Positions 43,670 to 52,284 of a DNA stretch of 64,000 bases are shown piece after piece. Location: assembly GCA_964492775.1 (NCBI GenBank), contig CAZBLH010000002.1, positions 62,615 through 126,614 on the forward strand, in the 5' to 3' direction. The notes below the pieces were generated by a model. The model was not told where the DNA came from and did no database searches. It saw only the letters and a list, made by a program, of their open reading frames with translations. Position numbers and translations under genes: made by a program. Position 1 is the first letter of the stretch; the number at the start of each line of letters is the position of its first letter. Source of the DNA: an uncultured Eubacteriales bacterium. Its GTDB lineage: Bacteria > Actinomycetota > Coriobacteriia > Anaerosomatales > PHET01.

Positions 43670-44401
43670 GTGACCACATGGCTCGTCGCATCGGTCGCGT
43701 TGGTCTCGTTCCTCTCCGGGGCAACTGCCTCGACCATCGGGTTTGGGGTCGGTAGCCTGCTGACACCTGTAGTCGCGCTCTGGATCGGTGCCGAAGACGC
43801 AGTCACGTTGGTGGCGATACCGCATCTGGCCGGCGGACTGTTGCGCGGGTGGCAATTGCGGCGGGCGATCGACTGGCAGCTTGCCGGGCGGTTCGGACTT
43901 CTGAGTGCACTGGGCGCCCTCCTCGGAGCGTTTGTGTTTGCGCGCATCTCATCGTCTCTCCTCACGGGAGTGCTCGGCGCCCTGCTCGTGATGACGGCGG
44001 CCACTGGCGTCAGGGGATGGCCCCGGCGCTGGTCGCCACGGACACCGGCGGTATCAACTCTCGGCGCGCTATCAGGGTTCTTCGGAGGCGTCGTAGGCAA
44101 CCAAGGGGGACTCCGTGCCGCAGCGCTTTCGGCGTTCGATCTGGCACCACCAGTGTTCGTAGCCACCTCGACGGTCATCGGAATCATGATCGATCTCGTT
44201 CGAGTTCCGGTCTATTTGAGCGGCGGCTCGCCACGAGCAGCCGGACTGTGGCCAATGGTTGGGATAGCAACTGTTGGCGTGCTTGCTGGGACGGTGGCCG
44301 GTGACCGGGTCTTGCTCGGTCTGTCACCCGAGCGATTCCGAATCGCTGTATCCATCGCAGTGGGGATCCTGGGGCTCTGGTTCATCCTGGGGTCGGCGTA
44401 A
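43670..44401 (+). CDS. TauE/SafE-family membrane transporter (probable sulfite/anion exporter)
   Basis: This lies in ORF 43562..44401, and I prefer the GTG at 43670. It has ~7-8 TM helices with two internally related halves, and glycine-rich helix motifs (GFGVGSLLTP; GFFGGVVGNQGG). Confidence 0.6.
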   Translation: MTTWLVASVALVSFLSGATASTIGFGVGSLLTPVVALWIGAEDAVTLVAIPHLAGGLLRGWQLRRAIDWQLAGRFGLLSALGALLGAFVFARISSSLLTGVLGALLVMTAATGVRGWPRRWSPRTPAVSTLGALSGFFGGVVGNQGGLRAAALSAFDLAPPVFVATSTVIGIMIDLVRVPVYLSGGSPRAAGLWPMVGIATVGVLAGTVAGDRVLLGLSPERFRIAVSIAVGILGLWFILGSA

Positions 44402-44467
44402 CAAGCCTCTCCGGCGAACGCGCTACCATACGGCTGGAACGTGAGCCGAGCTGGACGGGAGGGACCC

Positions 44468-44929
44468 ATGTCGCCAGCGAGAATCGTCCTGTGGGTCCGG
44501 GGCGGGGTCGCGCGGGCGATTACGGTGACCTTGCTCGCGCTCAGCCTCCTGTCTGTGCCGTTTGGTGTTGCAGCGTGCGCGCAGAGCGCGGATGTCGGCG
44601 ATGACGCCATAGCCGCGGCCTTCGCTGAGCGGCGCAGTGACGTGCAGGTCACCGGTGAGGGAACGGTGGTTCGGCTACTTGCCGATGATAAGGACGGAAG
44701 CCGTCACCAACGTTTCATCATCGAGCTCGCCTCCGGCCAGACGCTTCTAGTCAGCCACAATATAGATCTTGCTCCAGGAATCGACGCCCTGGCGACGGGT
44801 GACATCGTGGCGTTCTGCGGTGTGTACGAGTACAACGAACAGGGTGGGCTCGTGCACTGGACTCACCATGATCCCGACGGGCAGCACGAGCCCGGGTGGA
44901 TCGAGTACGAAGGTCGTCGTTACGAGTGA
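44468..44929 (+). CDS. DUF3465-like lipoprotein
   Basis: It has a lipobox (SVPFGVAAC). The segment HQRFIIELASGQTLLVSHNIDLAP...GGLVHWTHHDPDGQHEPGWIEYEGRRYE matches the DUF3465 pattern as I recall it. Confidence 0.55.
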   Translation: MSPARIVLWVRGGVARAITVTLLALSLLSVPFGVAACAQSADVGDDAIAAAFAERRSDVQVTGEGTVVRLLADDKDGSRHQRFIIELASGQTLLVSHNIDLAPGIDALATGDIVAFCGVYEYNEQGGLVHWTHHDPDGQHEPGWIEYEGRRYE

Positions 44930-44941
44930 GGTGACGGGTGC

Positions 44942-45163
44942 ATGAAGCTCGACGAATGCGTCATCGAGCAGTACCGCGGCGACAAGCTGGTCCGTGTGTT
45001 CGTCCCCTCAGGGGATGAAGCACGTCCGTGGCGTATGGTCGTCAACGGCAAGAGCTATCTGAGAACCAACGGGTGGGTTCTCTCCAAGGTCCTGCCAACG
45101 CTCGCTGATGGCTCGCAGGTCGTGACGAAGGTGGTTCCGCTCGGCGACTGGGAGCTGCTATAG
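44942..45163 (+). CDS. Hypothetical small protein (73 aa)
   Basis: This is an ORF only, with no recognisable motif. Codon third positions are mostly G/C, as in neighbouring genes. Confidence 0.35.
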   Translation: MKLDECVIEQYRGDKLVRVFVPSGDEARPWRMVVNGKSYLRTNGWVLSKVLPTLADGSQVVTKVVPLGDWELL

Positions 45164-45553
45164 CCCCATCGCTCTGCGAAGCAACTCCTCGATACGCTCC
45201 TCCTCATCGTCGCCCAGCTCGGTGAGCGCGTAGGCTGTTGGCCACATATTGCCCTCGTCCAGCTCCGCGATCTGTTCGAATCCGAAGGTCGCATACCGCG
45301 ACTGGAACTGTGCGGCGGACTGGAAGAAGCACAGTACTTGGCCGTCCTTGGCGAACGCGGGCATGTTGTACCAGAGCCTGGGCTTGAGTGTGGGTGCGAC
45401 GCGCTCGACGATCGAAAGGAAGCGCTCGGCCATCGCGCGATCGTGATCAGGCATCGCGGCGATCTTCTCGAGTACGGCGGTGCGTCCGTCGACCTTGGCC
45501 GACTTGCTCGCGGGCTTCGCGTTGGCTTTGTCCTCGGGCATCTCCAACTCCAT
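45158..45553 (-). CDS. DUF1801 (YdhG-like) domain protein
   Basis: LKPRLWYNMPAFAKDGQVLCFFQSAAQFQSRYATFGF is typical of YdhG-like domains. It is 131 aa. Confidence 0.5.
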   Translation of the reverse strand: MELEMPEDKANAKPASKSAKVDGRTAVLEKIAAMPDHDRAMAERFLSIVERVAPTLKPRLWYNMPAFAKDGQVLCFFQSAAQFQSRYATFGFEQIAELDEGNMWPTAYALTELGDDEEERIEELLRRAMGL

Positions 45554-45987
45554 CTCTCCTTATGGTGAATCAACATCCTGACGCGTGAGGCTCACGACGC
45601 ATACACGCTTGAGACTCCCCGTCTGCCGCTGGGCTCTAACATCGGTCCAGCAGTGAGGATAGGTGCAGCCAGCAAGCAGCAGCTCCAGGAACTATTGGGA
45701 GAATCGGAGGTAGAGCGACGGGGCACTCGTTGCAGGCGCACCGTCGAGATCAGGCAAGGAAAGGTGACATGCAGAGCGCAGAAGCCGGAAGACCGGAGTC
45801 CGGAAGGAGCCTGTGTACCTGGGTATGGGGGCGCCAATCGGGATTGGTGCGGGCTTGGGGTCTTGTGGCTCACGCAGGCGAAACGCCTGTCGTGTGGTTG
45901 ACCGCGCGCTCATCGTGGGGAAGAATCTCTCAGTGATCCCCCCGTCCGTCTTCTCGGCGCGACGTGGTCCCCCCAGTGGAGGCGAAC

Positions 45988-47049
45988 ATGGCCGAAGGCT
46001 TCCCGCCCGTCCCCCCTCATGAACCCGCTGCGCAGCGGCATGGCTATGAGCCAGCAGCACCGCCGGTTCAGTCTCACGCCGTGCCCCAGGTGAGGGCAGC
46101 GGCCCCCGCTGGTAGCGCATCGGATCCCAAGAAGAGTAAGGCCAGGATTTGGTGGCTGATCGGCATCCTCGTCTTGCTGGTGCTGCTCATCGGCAGCTGC
46201 GCTGCGCCGCTCATCTTCTTCGCCACCGACAGCTCCAAGGTATCGGTGGGTTCTGGCGACGCAGTTGGCGTCATCCATCTCGACGGCGTGATCGCTGGCA
46301 CGGGCGACAGCCTCTCGGGCGTGATCACTCCCGAGCACTTCCTGTCCCTTCTCGAGCAGGCCGAGCAGGACGATCGCGTCAAGGCAATCCTGTTGCGCGT
46401 GGACTCTCCTGGCGGGACTGTTGCGGCGAGCGAAGAGATATCCCATTACGTCGCCGAATGCCCGAAGCCCGTCGTGGTCTCCGTCGGTGACGTAGGCGCG
46501 TCCGGTGCTTACATGGTCTCTTCTCAGGCCGATGAGATCTGGGCGAACGCTGGTTCTTCGGTCGGTTCCATCGGCGTCATTTCGCAGATCCCGAACGTCA
46601 GCGGGCTGATGGACAAAGTCGGCGTCGAGTTCCAAGTGATTACCGCGGGCAAGAACAAGGACACCGGCAGCCCGTATCGCCAGCTCACCGAGGATGAGCG
46701 GGCGCTCATCCAAGGCGAGGTCGATGACGCATACGAGTTGTTCATAGACCTGGTCGCCACGGGACGCCAGCTGAGCGAGCCGCAGGTCGAGGACCTCGCG
46801 ACCGGCTGGGCGTGGAACGGCGAGACGGCCAAGGACATGGGGCTCGTCGACGAGATCGGTACCTACCGGGACGCCCTGGACGCGGCGGCGGAGCGCGGCG
46901 GCATCGAAGGGGACTACGACATCGTCACCTTCGACTCCGACCCGTTCGAGAGTCTGTTCGGCCCGCTATTCTCCATCACGAGCCGCTTCGGTGGACTCGA
47001 TGCGCTGACGACGCGCGAGTCCCTGATACGCGAGAGTCTGCCCAGGTAA
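45988..47049 (+). CDS. sppA: Signal peptide peptidase SppA (36K type, S49 family)
   Basis: This lies in ORF 45964..47049, and the ATG at 45988 follows GGAGG. It has a TM helix (IWWLIGILVLLVLLIGSCAAPLIFF) and the motifs LLRVDSPGGTV, GASGAYM and GSIGV. Confidence 0.85.
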   Translation: MAEGFPPVPPHEPAAQRHGYEPAAPPVQSHAVPQVRAAAPAGSASDPKKSKARIWWLIGILVLLVLLIGSCAAPLIFFATDSSKVSVGSGDAVGVIHLDGVIAGTGDSLSGVITPEHFLSLLEQAEQDDRVKAILLRVDSPGGTVAASEEISHYVAECPKPVVVSVGDVGASGAYMVSSQADEIWANAGSSVGSIGVISQIPNVSGLMDKVGVEFQVITAGKNKDTGSPYRQLTEDERALIQGEVDDAYELFIDLVATGRQLSEPQVEDLATGWAWNGETAKDMGLVDEIGTYRDALDAAAERGGIEGDYDIVTFDSDPFESLFGPLFSITSRFGGLDALTTRESLIRESLPR

Positions 47050-47070
47050 CACCACCGAGAAGGACGCGCT

Positions 47071-47895
47071 ATGGGAAATCCCACGGTCATCGCCCACATC
47101 TCGGACCTGCACTGCGGGTCGCGCTACCACATCCCGTCGCTCGCCAAGCGCGTTATCGACGAACTCAATGAGCTCGGCCCCGATATCGTCGTGGTCACGG
47201 GTGACCTGACCGACATGGGGTTTCAGCAGGAGTTCGCTCAGGCCGCCCGGCTAATCGGTCAGCTCGAGTGTGAGCATGTTGCTGTGGTGCTCGGCAACCA
47301 TGACGCGCGCAACGTCGGTGACGTGCACTTCACCGAGCTCTTCGGCGAACGCAATACCGAGGTCGTCCACAAGGGCCTGCGTGTCCTCGCGCTCGACTCA
47401 AGCGAACCGGACCTCGACACCGGCCGGATCGGGCGCGAGCGCGCGAAATGGGTGGGGGAGCGATTCGCGACCGACGAGGAGTTCAAGGTGGTGGCGATGC
47501 ACCACCACCTCGTCCCCGTGCCTGGCACGGGCCGCGAACGGAACATCGTGCATGACGCGGGCGACCTGCTCCAGTCACTCGCCTCGTGCGGCGTCGATCT
47601 GGTCCTCTGTGGGCACAAGCACGTGCCGAACGTCTGGCGCCTCGAAGACATGCTCATCGTCAACGCCGGTACATGCTGCACTCACCGGCTCCGCGGCAAG
47701 GTCCGGCCCTGCTACAACATCATCGAGGTCATCGACGGCACGCAGGTGCGTGTGCTGCTGAAGGAGCCCTACGTGGACGCGACTATCGTTGCGGACTTCC
47801 GAGAAGTGAACCGGCGGTACTGCCGTTGGCAGCAGACCGATGCTGGTGAGGCGCTGCCGAGTTCTGGCATCGAGCCTGTGGAGGCGTCTGAATGA
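47071..47895 (+). CDS. Calcineurin-like metallophosphoesterase
   Basis: Motifs are ISDLHCG, VVTGDLTD, LGNHDA, MHHH and CGHKHV. Confidence 0.8.
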   Translation: MGNPTVIAHISDLHCGSRYHIPSLAKRVIDELNELGPDIVVVTGDLTDMGFQQEFAQAARLIGQLECEHVAVVLGNHDARNVGDVHFTELFGERNTEVVHKGLRVLALDSSEPDLDTGRIGRERAKWVGERFATDEEFKVVAMHHHLVPVPGTGRERNIVHDAGDLLQSLASCGVDLVLCGHKHVPNVWRLEDMLIVNAGTCCTHRLRGKVRPCYNIIEVIDGTQVRVLLKEPYVDATIVADFREVNRRYCRWQQTDAGEALPSSGIEPVEASE

Positions 47896-49256
47896 GCCGG
47901 TTGGTCGCACTCATAGACGGGGAGCATTATCCCCCGGTCGTCCGCTCGGCACTCGCGTCACTCGCCGCCGAGCACGAGGTTGCGGCGGCGGTGTTCGTGG
48001 GAGGGACCGAGAAGGTCGACCCCGAGGCTGCGGCTTCTTATGGCGTGCCCGTCGTGGCGCGCACGACCGTAGCGGATGCCATCCTCGAGGCGATTCGCGC
48101 ATACGCGCCCGACGCGCTGGTGGACCTCTCGGACGAACCGGTCGTCTCGGCCGCCGACCGCTTCTCTCTGGCCTCGCTCGCGCTCTCCTGTGGCGTCGGC
48201 TATCGCGGTGCCGACTTCGTCTTCGAGCCCCCGCGGGCGCTCGTCACGACCCGGACGCCGACGCTCGGCATCATCGGCACGGGCAAGCGCGTGGGCAAGA
48301 CGGCGATCTCGGCGTACGTGGCACGCGATCTCAAGCGGTTGGGGACCGATGTGGTGGTGCTCGCGATGGGTCGTGGTGGCCCTGCTGAGCCCGAGATCAT
48401 CTACGGTGACCGGATTGCGCTCACGACCAGTGATCTGCTCGCGGTCGCGCGCGAGGGCAAGCATGCGGCGAGCGACAACTACGAAGACGCTGTCATGAGC
48501 CGCGTGACGACGGTGGGTTGCCGTCGCTGTGGCGGTGGTCTGGCAGGTGAGACCTACTTCAGCAACGTCCCGCAAGGCGCAGAGCTCGCCGATTCCCTTG
48601 GCAAGGAGCTGATACTGCTGGAAGGGAGCGGTTCGGCAATCCCGCCGGTGCACGCGGATGCGACGATTCTCGTGGTCGCGGCCGGGCGCGGTGCGGGCTA
48701 CATCAGCGACTACTTCGGTCCGTACCGACTGGCTCGCGCCGACGTGGTCGCGCTTGCCTTCGCCGAGGAGCCGATGGCGACAGCGGGCGACGTCCAGCAG
48801 TTGCGCGAGGCGATCGGGCGGCTTCGACCGGGCATCCCTGTGGTCGCAACGACCTTCCGACCGCGGCCGATCGAACCCATCGCCGACAAGCGCGTCATCT
48901 TCGCGACCACCGCTCCGCCACAGGTCGCGGACCGTCTCGCCGAACATCTTGCCGAGGACAGCGAGTGTGAGGTGGTCGCCGTCACGACCCAGCTCTCGAA
49001 CCGCGCCGCGTTGCGCGAGGACCTTGCGCGCCACGTAGGCTCCGCGGATGTGATAGTCGCCGAGCTGAAGGCTGCGGCGATCGACGTCGCGGCGGCGGCC
49101 GGGGAGGTCGCCGGCATCCCGACGGTGCTCTGCGACAACGTGCCCGTCGCGCTTGACGACTCCGATCTCTCTGAGATCGTCTCTCAGGCGGCTGCTCTCG
49201 CTGCCGAGCGCGCAATCGAACGCGGTACCGATGACCGGACAGGAGCAGGCTCGTGA
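47892..49256 (+). CDS. Putative cyclic 2,3-diphosphoglycerate synthetase (COG2403-like)
   Basis: The ATGA overlaps the upstream stop. It is 454 aa with an N-terminal ALIDGEHYPPVV and the nucleotide loop IIGTGKRVGKTA. Length and motifs match my recollection of the archaeal cDPG synthetase family, and a 2-phosphoglycerate kinase gene follows immediately. This needs HMM confirmation. Confidence 0.6.
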   Translation: MSRLVALIDGEHYPPVVRSALASLAAEHEVAAAVFVGGTEKVDPEAAASYGVPVVARTTVADAILEAIRAYAPDALVDLSDEPVVSAADRFSLASLALSCGVGYRGADFVFEPPRALVTTRTPTLGIIGTGKRVGKTAISAYVARDLKRLGTDVVVLAMGRGGPAEPEIIYGDRIALTTSDLLAVAREGKHAASDNYEDAVMSRVTTVGCRRCGGGLAGETYFSNVPQGAELADSLGKELILLEGSGSAIPPVHADATILVVAAGRGAGYISDYFGPYRLARADVVALAFAEEPMATAGDVQQLREAIGRLRPGIPVVATTFRPRPIEPIADKRVIFATTAPPQVADRLAEHLAEDSECEVVAVTTQLSNRAALREDLARHVGSADVIVAELKAAAIDVAAAAGEVAGIPTVLCDNVPVALDDSDLSEIVSQAAALAAERAIERGTDDRTGAGS

Positions 49257-50206
49257 CACCCGAACGCGCCCCGACGATCACCATCTCCGACAAGGTGCAC
49301 GGGCTTCCGTTCAGCAAGGGGCTGCTTGCGGCCTCCTTCATGTCGACTGGGCTGCCACCATCGCACGCCTACGCTATCGCGCAGGCTATCCAGGATGAGC
49401 TGCGCGAGCGCGGCGAGCTCGACATCAGCTCGCGCCGGTTGCGCGAGATCGCTGCCGAGTATCTCAAGCGGATGGTTTCTGAGGAGTACGCGGATCGCTA
49501 CATCAAGATGCGGAACCTCTCGGCTCTCGACCGGCCGCTGATCATCCTCATCGGCGGAACCACCGGCGTCGGCAAGTCGACCATCGCCACGGAGGTCGCT
49601 CACCGCCTTGGTATCACGCGTATCTCCTCCACGGATTCCGTCCGAGAGGTGATGCGTGGTATATTCAGCAGAGACCTGATGCCTGCCATCTACGAAAGTG
49701 CGTTCACCGCATGGCGGGGTCTGAGAGTCCCGGTGCCGGAGGGCGCCAATCCCGTGATAGTCGGTTTTCGCGAGCAGACGGCTGCCGTGACCACTGGGGT
49801 GAAGTCGCTCATCGACCGGGCTGTTCTCGAGGGGCTATCGCTCGTGGTCGAAGGCGTGCACCTGGTGCCGGGATACCTCGATGCGGAGAACATCAAGGGT
49901 GCGCTGGTCATCCAGCTTGTCATCGCCGTCGAAGACGAGCAGTCACACCTGAGCCATTTCTACATCCGAGACGTCCAGACAGAGGGCAGCAGACCGCTCG
50001 ATAGGTACCGGACCAACTTCGACGAGATACGGATGTTGGGCCGCTACATAGAAGACATGGCGCGTGAGCATTCGACGCCGATCATTCATAGCCACCAACT
50101 GGACAGAACCGTCGCGGACGTACTGGAGCACATCATCGCGAAGGCAGTACAGGAGACAGAGACCGTCGGGCCCGTGGAGGGTTCGGAGGAGAAAGAGGAG
50201 GAGTAA
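49253..50206 (+). CDS. Putative 2-phosphoglycerate kinase (ATP-cone + P-loop kinase, COG2074-like)
   Basis: The GTGA overlaps the upstream stop. It has an N-terminal ATP-cone-like segment (GLPFSKGLLAASFMSTGL...AYAIAQAIQDEL) and then LIILIGGTTGVGKSTIA...RISSTDSVREVMR. Confidence 0.65.
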   Translation: MTPERAPTITISDKVHGLPFSKGLLAASFMSTGLPPSHAYAIAQAIQDELRERGELDISSRRLREIAAEYLKRMVSEEYADRYIKMRNLSALDRPLIILIGGTTGVGKSTIATEVAHRLGITRISSTDSVREVMRGIFSRDLMPAIYESAFTAWRGLRVPVPEGANPVIVGFREQTAAVTTGVKSLIDRAVLEGLSLVVEGVHLVPGYLDAENIKGALVIQLVIAVEDEQSHLSHFYIRDVQTEGSRPLDRYRTNFDEIRMLGRYIEDMAREHSTPIIHSHQLDRTVADVLEHIIAKAVQETETVGPVEGSEEKEEE

Positions 50207-50869
50207 GTGAAGTTCTTCTTGGACACGGCGAACATCGCCGAGATCGAGGAGGCGGCAAGCTGGGGGGTCCTCGCTGGAGTGACCACCAACCCCACGCTGT
50301 ACGCCCGCGTCGGCGGCAAACTCGCCGACTTCCCCGAGCACATCCGCCGCATCTGCGAGATCACCGACGGGCCGGTCTCTGCCGAGACGGTCGGACTCGA
50401 CCGGGACTCCATTGTCGACGAAGGCCTCTCGCTCGCCGAGATCGCCGAGAACGTCGTCGTCAAAGTCCCGACCATGCCCGAGGGGCTTGCAGCCACCCGC
50501 GTCCTCGCCGAGCGAGGGATCAAGGTCAATATGACGCTGTGTTTCACCGTGCCCCAGGCGCTTCTGGCGGCGCGGTCTGGTGCAGCGTATGTGTCCCCGT
50601 TCGTAGGGCGCTTCGATGACATCTCAGAGGACGGCATCGAGCAGCTCGCCCAGGTCGTCCAGGCGCTCGGCAACTATGACTTCGGACACGACGTCGAGGT
50701 CATCGCCGCGTCGATCCGCTCGGCGAACCACGTGACGCAGGCGGCCCTGATGGGCGCCGACATCGCAACGGTGCCGTTCGCTGTACTCAAGAACCTCGTC
50801 AAGCATCCGCTCACCGATCGCGGGCTCGAGTCGTTTCTTGCCGACTGGGAGAAGGTGAAGAACGCGTGA
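50207..50869 (+). CDS. tal: Transaldolase / fructose-6-phosphate aldolase (short type)
   Basis: Motifs are MKFFLDTANIAEI, GVTTNPTL, VKVP (Schiff-base Lys) and SPFVGR. The GTG comes directly after the upstream TAA. Confidence 0.85.
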   Translation: MKFFLDTANIAEIEEAASWGVLAGVTTNPTLYARVGGKLADFPEHIRRICEITDGPVSAETVGLDRDSIVDEGLSLAEIAENVVVKVPTMPEGLAATRVLAERGIKVNMTLCFTVPQALLAARSGAAYVSPFVGRFDDISEDGIEQLAQVVQALGNYDFGHDVEVIAASIRSANHVTQAALMGADIATVPFAVLKNLVKHPLTDRGLESFLADWEKVKNA

Positions 50870-52218
50870 CGGCCCGTCCGAGGAAGAGAGGCCGCCGTGG
50901 CGGTGGGGGACAGCCGCAAGAGGCGCCGCCGCAGCCGTCGGTGAACCGGGAACAGCTCGCTGCGATGACCGTCGCCGAGCTGCGCGCGATGGCAGCTGAG
51001 ATGGAGCTCGACGTCAAGGCGCTCAAGAAGAAGGACGAGATCGTCGATGCCGTCCTCGAGGCTAAGGTCAAGGCCGAGGGGTTCGTCGAGATCGCGGGCG
51101 TTCTCGACGTGCTGCCCGAGGGGTACGGCTTTGTACGCACGAGCGGCTACCTGCCCGGCGACAAGGACGTATACGTCTCGATGTCGACCATCAGGCGTAA
51201 CGAGCTCAGGCGTGGTGACATGCTCAAGGGTCAGGTGCGCCCGCCCAAGGAGTCCGAGAAGTACCCGGCGCTCCAGCGTCTCGCGTCGGTCAACGGGCGT
51301 GAGCCCGAGGCCGCGCGCAAGCGACCGCGCTTCGTCGACCTGACTCCCGTGTATCCGGATGAGCGTCTGCGCATGGAGCATGGTCCGCAGCACCTGACGG
51401 CGCGTACAATCGATCTCGTGGCGCCTATCGGCAAGGGCCAGCGCGGACTCATCGTCTCGCCGCCCAAGGCGGGTAAGACGACGGTGCTCAAAGACATCGC
51501 GGCGGCGATCACTGCGAACAACCCCGAGGTGCACCTCATGTGCCTGCTCGTTGACGAGCGGCCCGAGGAAGTCACCGATATGGAGCGCTCGATCCACGGC
51601 GAGGTCGTGTCATCGACGTTCGACATGCCGAGCGAGAATCACATCGCCGTTGCCGAACTCGTCATGGAGCGCGCGAAGCGCCTTGTGGAGGGCGGCAGCG
51701 ACGTCGTGATCCTACTCGACTCGATCACGCGTCTCGCTCGGGCCTACAACCTTGCGACTCCCGCCTCCGGCCGCATCCTGTCCGGCGGTGTGGACTCCCA
51801 GGCACTGTACCCGCCCAAGAAGTTCTTCGGCGCGGCGCGTAACATCGAGAACGGCGGATCACTCACGATTCTCGCCACTGCTCTCGTCGACACTGGCTCG
51901 AAGATGGATGAGGTCATCTTCGAGGAGTTCAAGGGCACGGGTAACATGGAGCTGCGGCTCGACCGCAACCTTGCGGACCGTCGCATCTTCCCCGCGATTG
52001 ACGTCATCGTGTCGGGCACGCGCAAGGAGGAGCTCATCCTCGATCCGCAGGAAGCACCCTTCGTCTGGGGTGTCCGCCGCATCCTGCATGGGATCGACAG
52101 CCCCGAGCGCGCCATGGACATGTTGCTCAAGGGACTGAAGCAGACCCAGAGCAACATGGAGTTCCTCGCGAAGATGGCTCGGCGCGCAGGCGACAAGAGC
52201 AACGGCATCGACCTGTAG
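50866..52218 (+). CDS. rho: Transcription termination factor Rho
   Basis: The GTGA overlaps the tal stop. It has an Arg/Gly-rich N-tail and the motifs GYGFVR, APIGKGQRGLIVSPPKAGKTTVL and DSITRLARAYN. Confidence 0.95.
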   Translation: MTARPRKRGRRGGGGQPQEAPPQPSVNREQLAAMTVAELRAMAAEMELDVKALKKKDEIVDAVLEAKVKAEGFVEIAGVLDVLPEGYGFVRTSGYLPGDKDVYVSMSTIRRNELRRGDMLKGQVRPPKESEKYPALQRLASVNGREPEAARKRPRFVDLTPVYPDERLRMEHGPQHLTARTIDLVAPIGKGQRGLIVSPPKAGKTTVLKDIAAAITANNPEVHLMCLLVDERPEEVTDMERSIHGEVVSSTFDMPSENHIAVAELVMERAKRLVEGGSDVVILLDSITRLARAYNLATPASGRILSGGVDSQALYPPKKFFGAARNIENGGSLTILATALVDTGSKMDEVIFEEFKGTGNMELRLDRNLADRRIFPAIDVIVSGTRKEELILDPQEAPFVWGVRRILHGIDSPERAMDMLLKGLKQTQSNMEFLAKMARRAGDKSNGIDL

Positions 52219-52284
52219 AACCCTGCACAATCACGACTGAGGCGGCGTCAATCCGCCTCGGTCGCCGGAGGACCGTCGTCGGAA

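Noticed and set aside
45795-45830. An SRP-RNA-like element, GAGUCC-GGAA-GGAGCC, which resembles the 4.5S helix 8 GUCCGGAAGGAAGCAGCC.
   Set aside because: The 3' side lacks the conserved AGCA symmetric-loop nucleotides, and the flanks do not form the expected long helix 5.
45940-45980. Two CCCCCC runs that suggest the actinobacterial 6C RNA.
   Set aside because: The sequences flanking each C-run are not complementary, so the two C-rich loops on hairpins required by the 6C motif cannot form. The second run also overlaps the sppA RBS region.
45554-45987. RNase P RNA, tmRNA, a cobalamin riboswitch or a c-di-AMP (ydaO) riboswitch in the long gap.
   Set aside because: The key consensus blocks were not found on either strand by eye (GAGGAAAGUCCGG / ACAGAACCCGGCUUA; GGGGCUGA...UUCGA..CCA; B12 box GCCACUG; ACGGGGA...GGGGUGAAUCC). 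It remains only a candidate for a covariance-model scan.
43600-50900. The insertion between thrB and rho as a mobile genomic island.
   Set aside because: I saw no integrase, transposase or recombinase, no flanking direct repeats and no tRNA at the borders. Gene starts are tightly coupled to the core gene rho.
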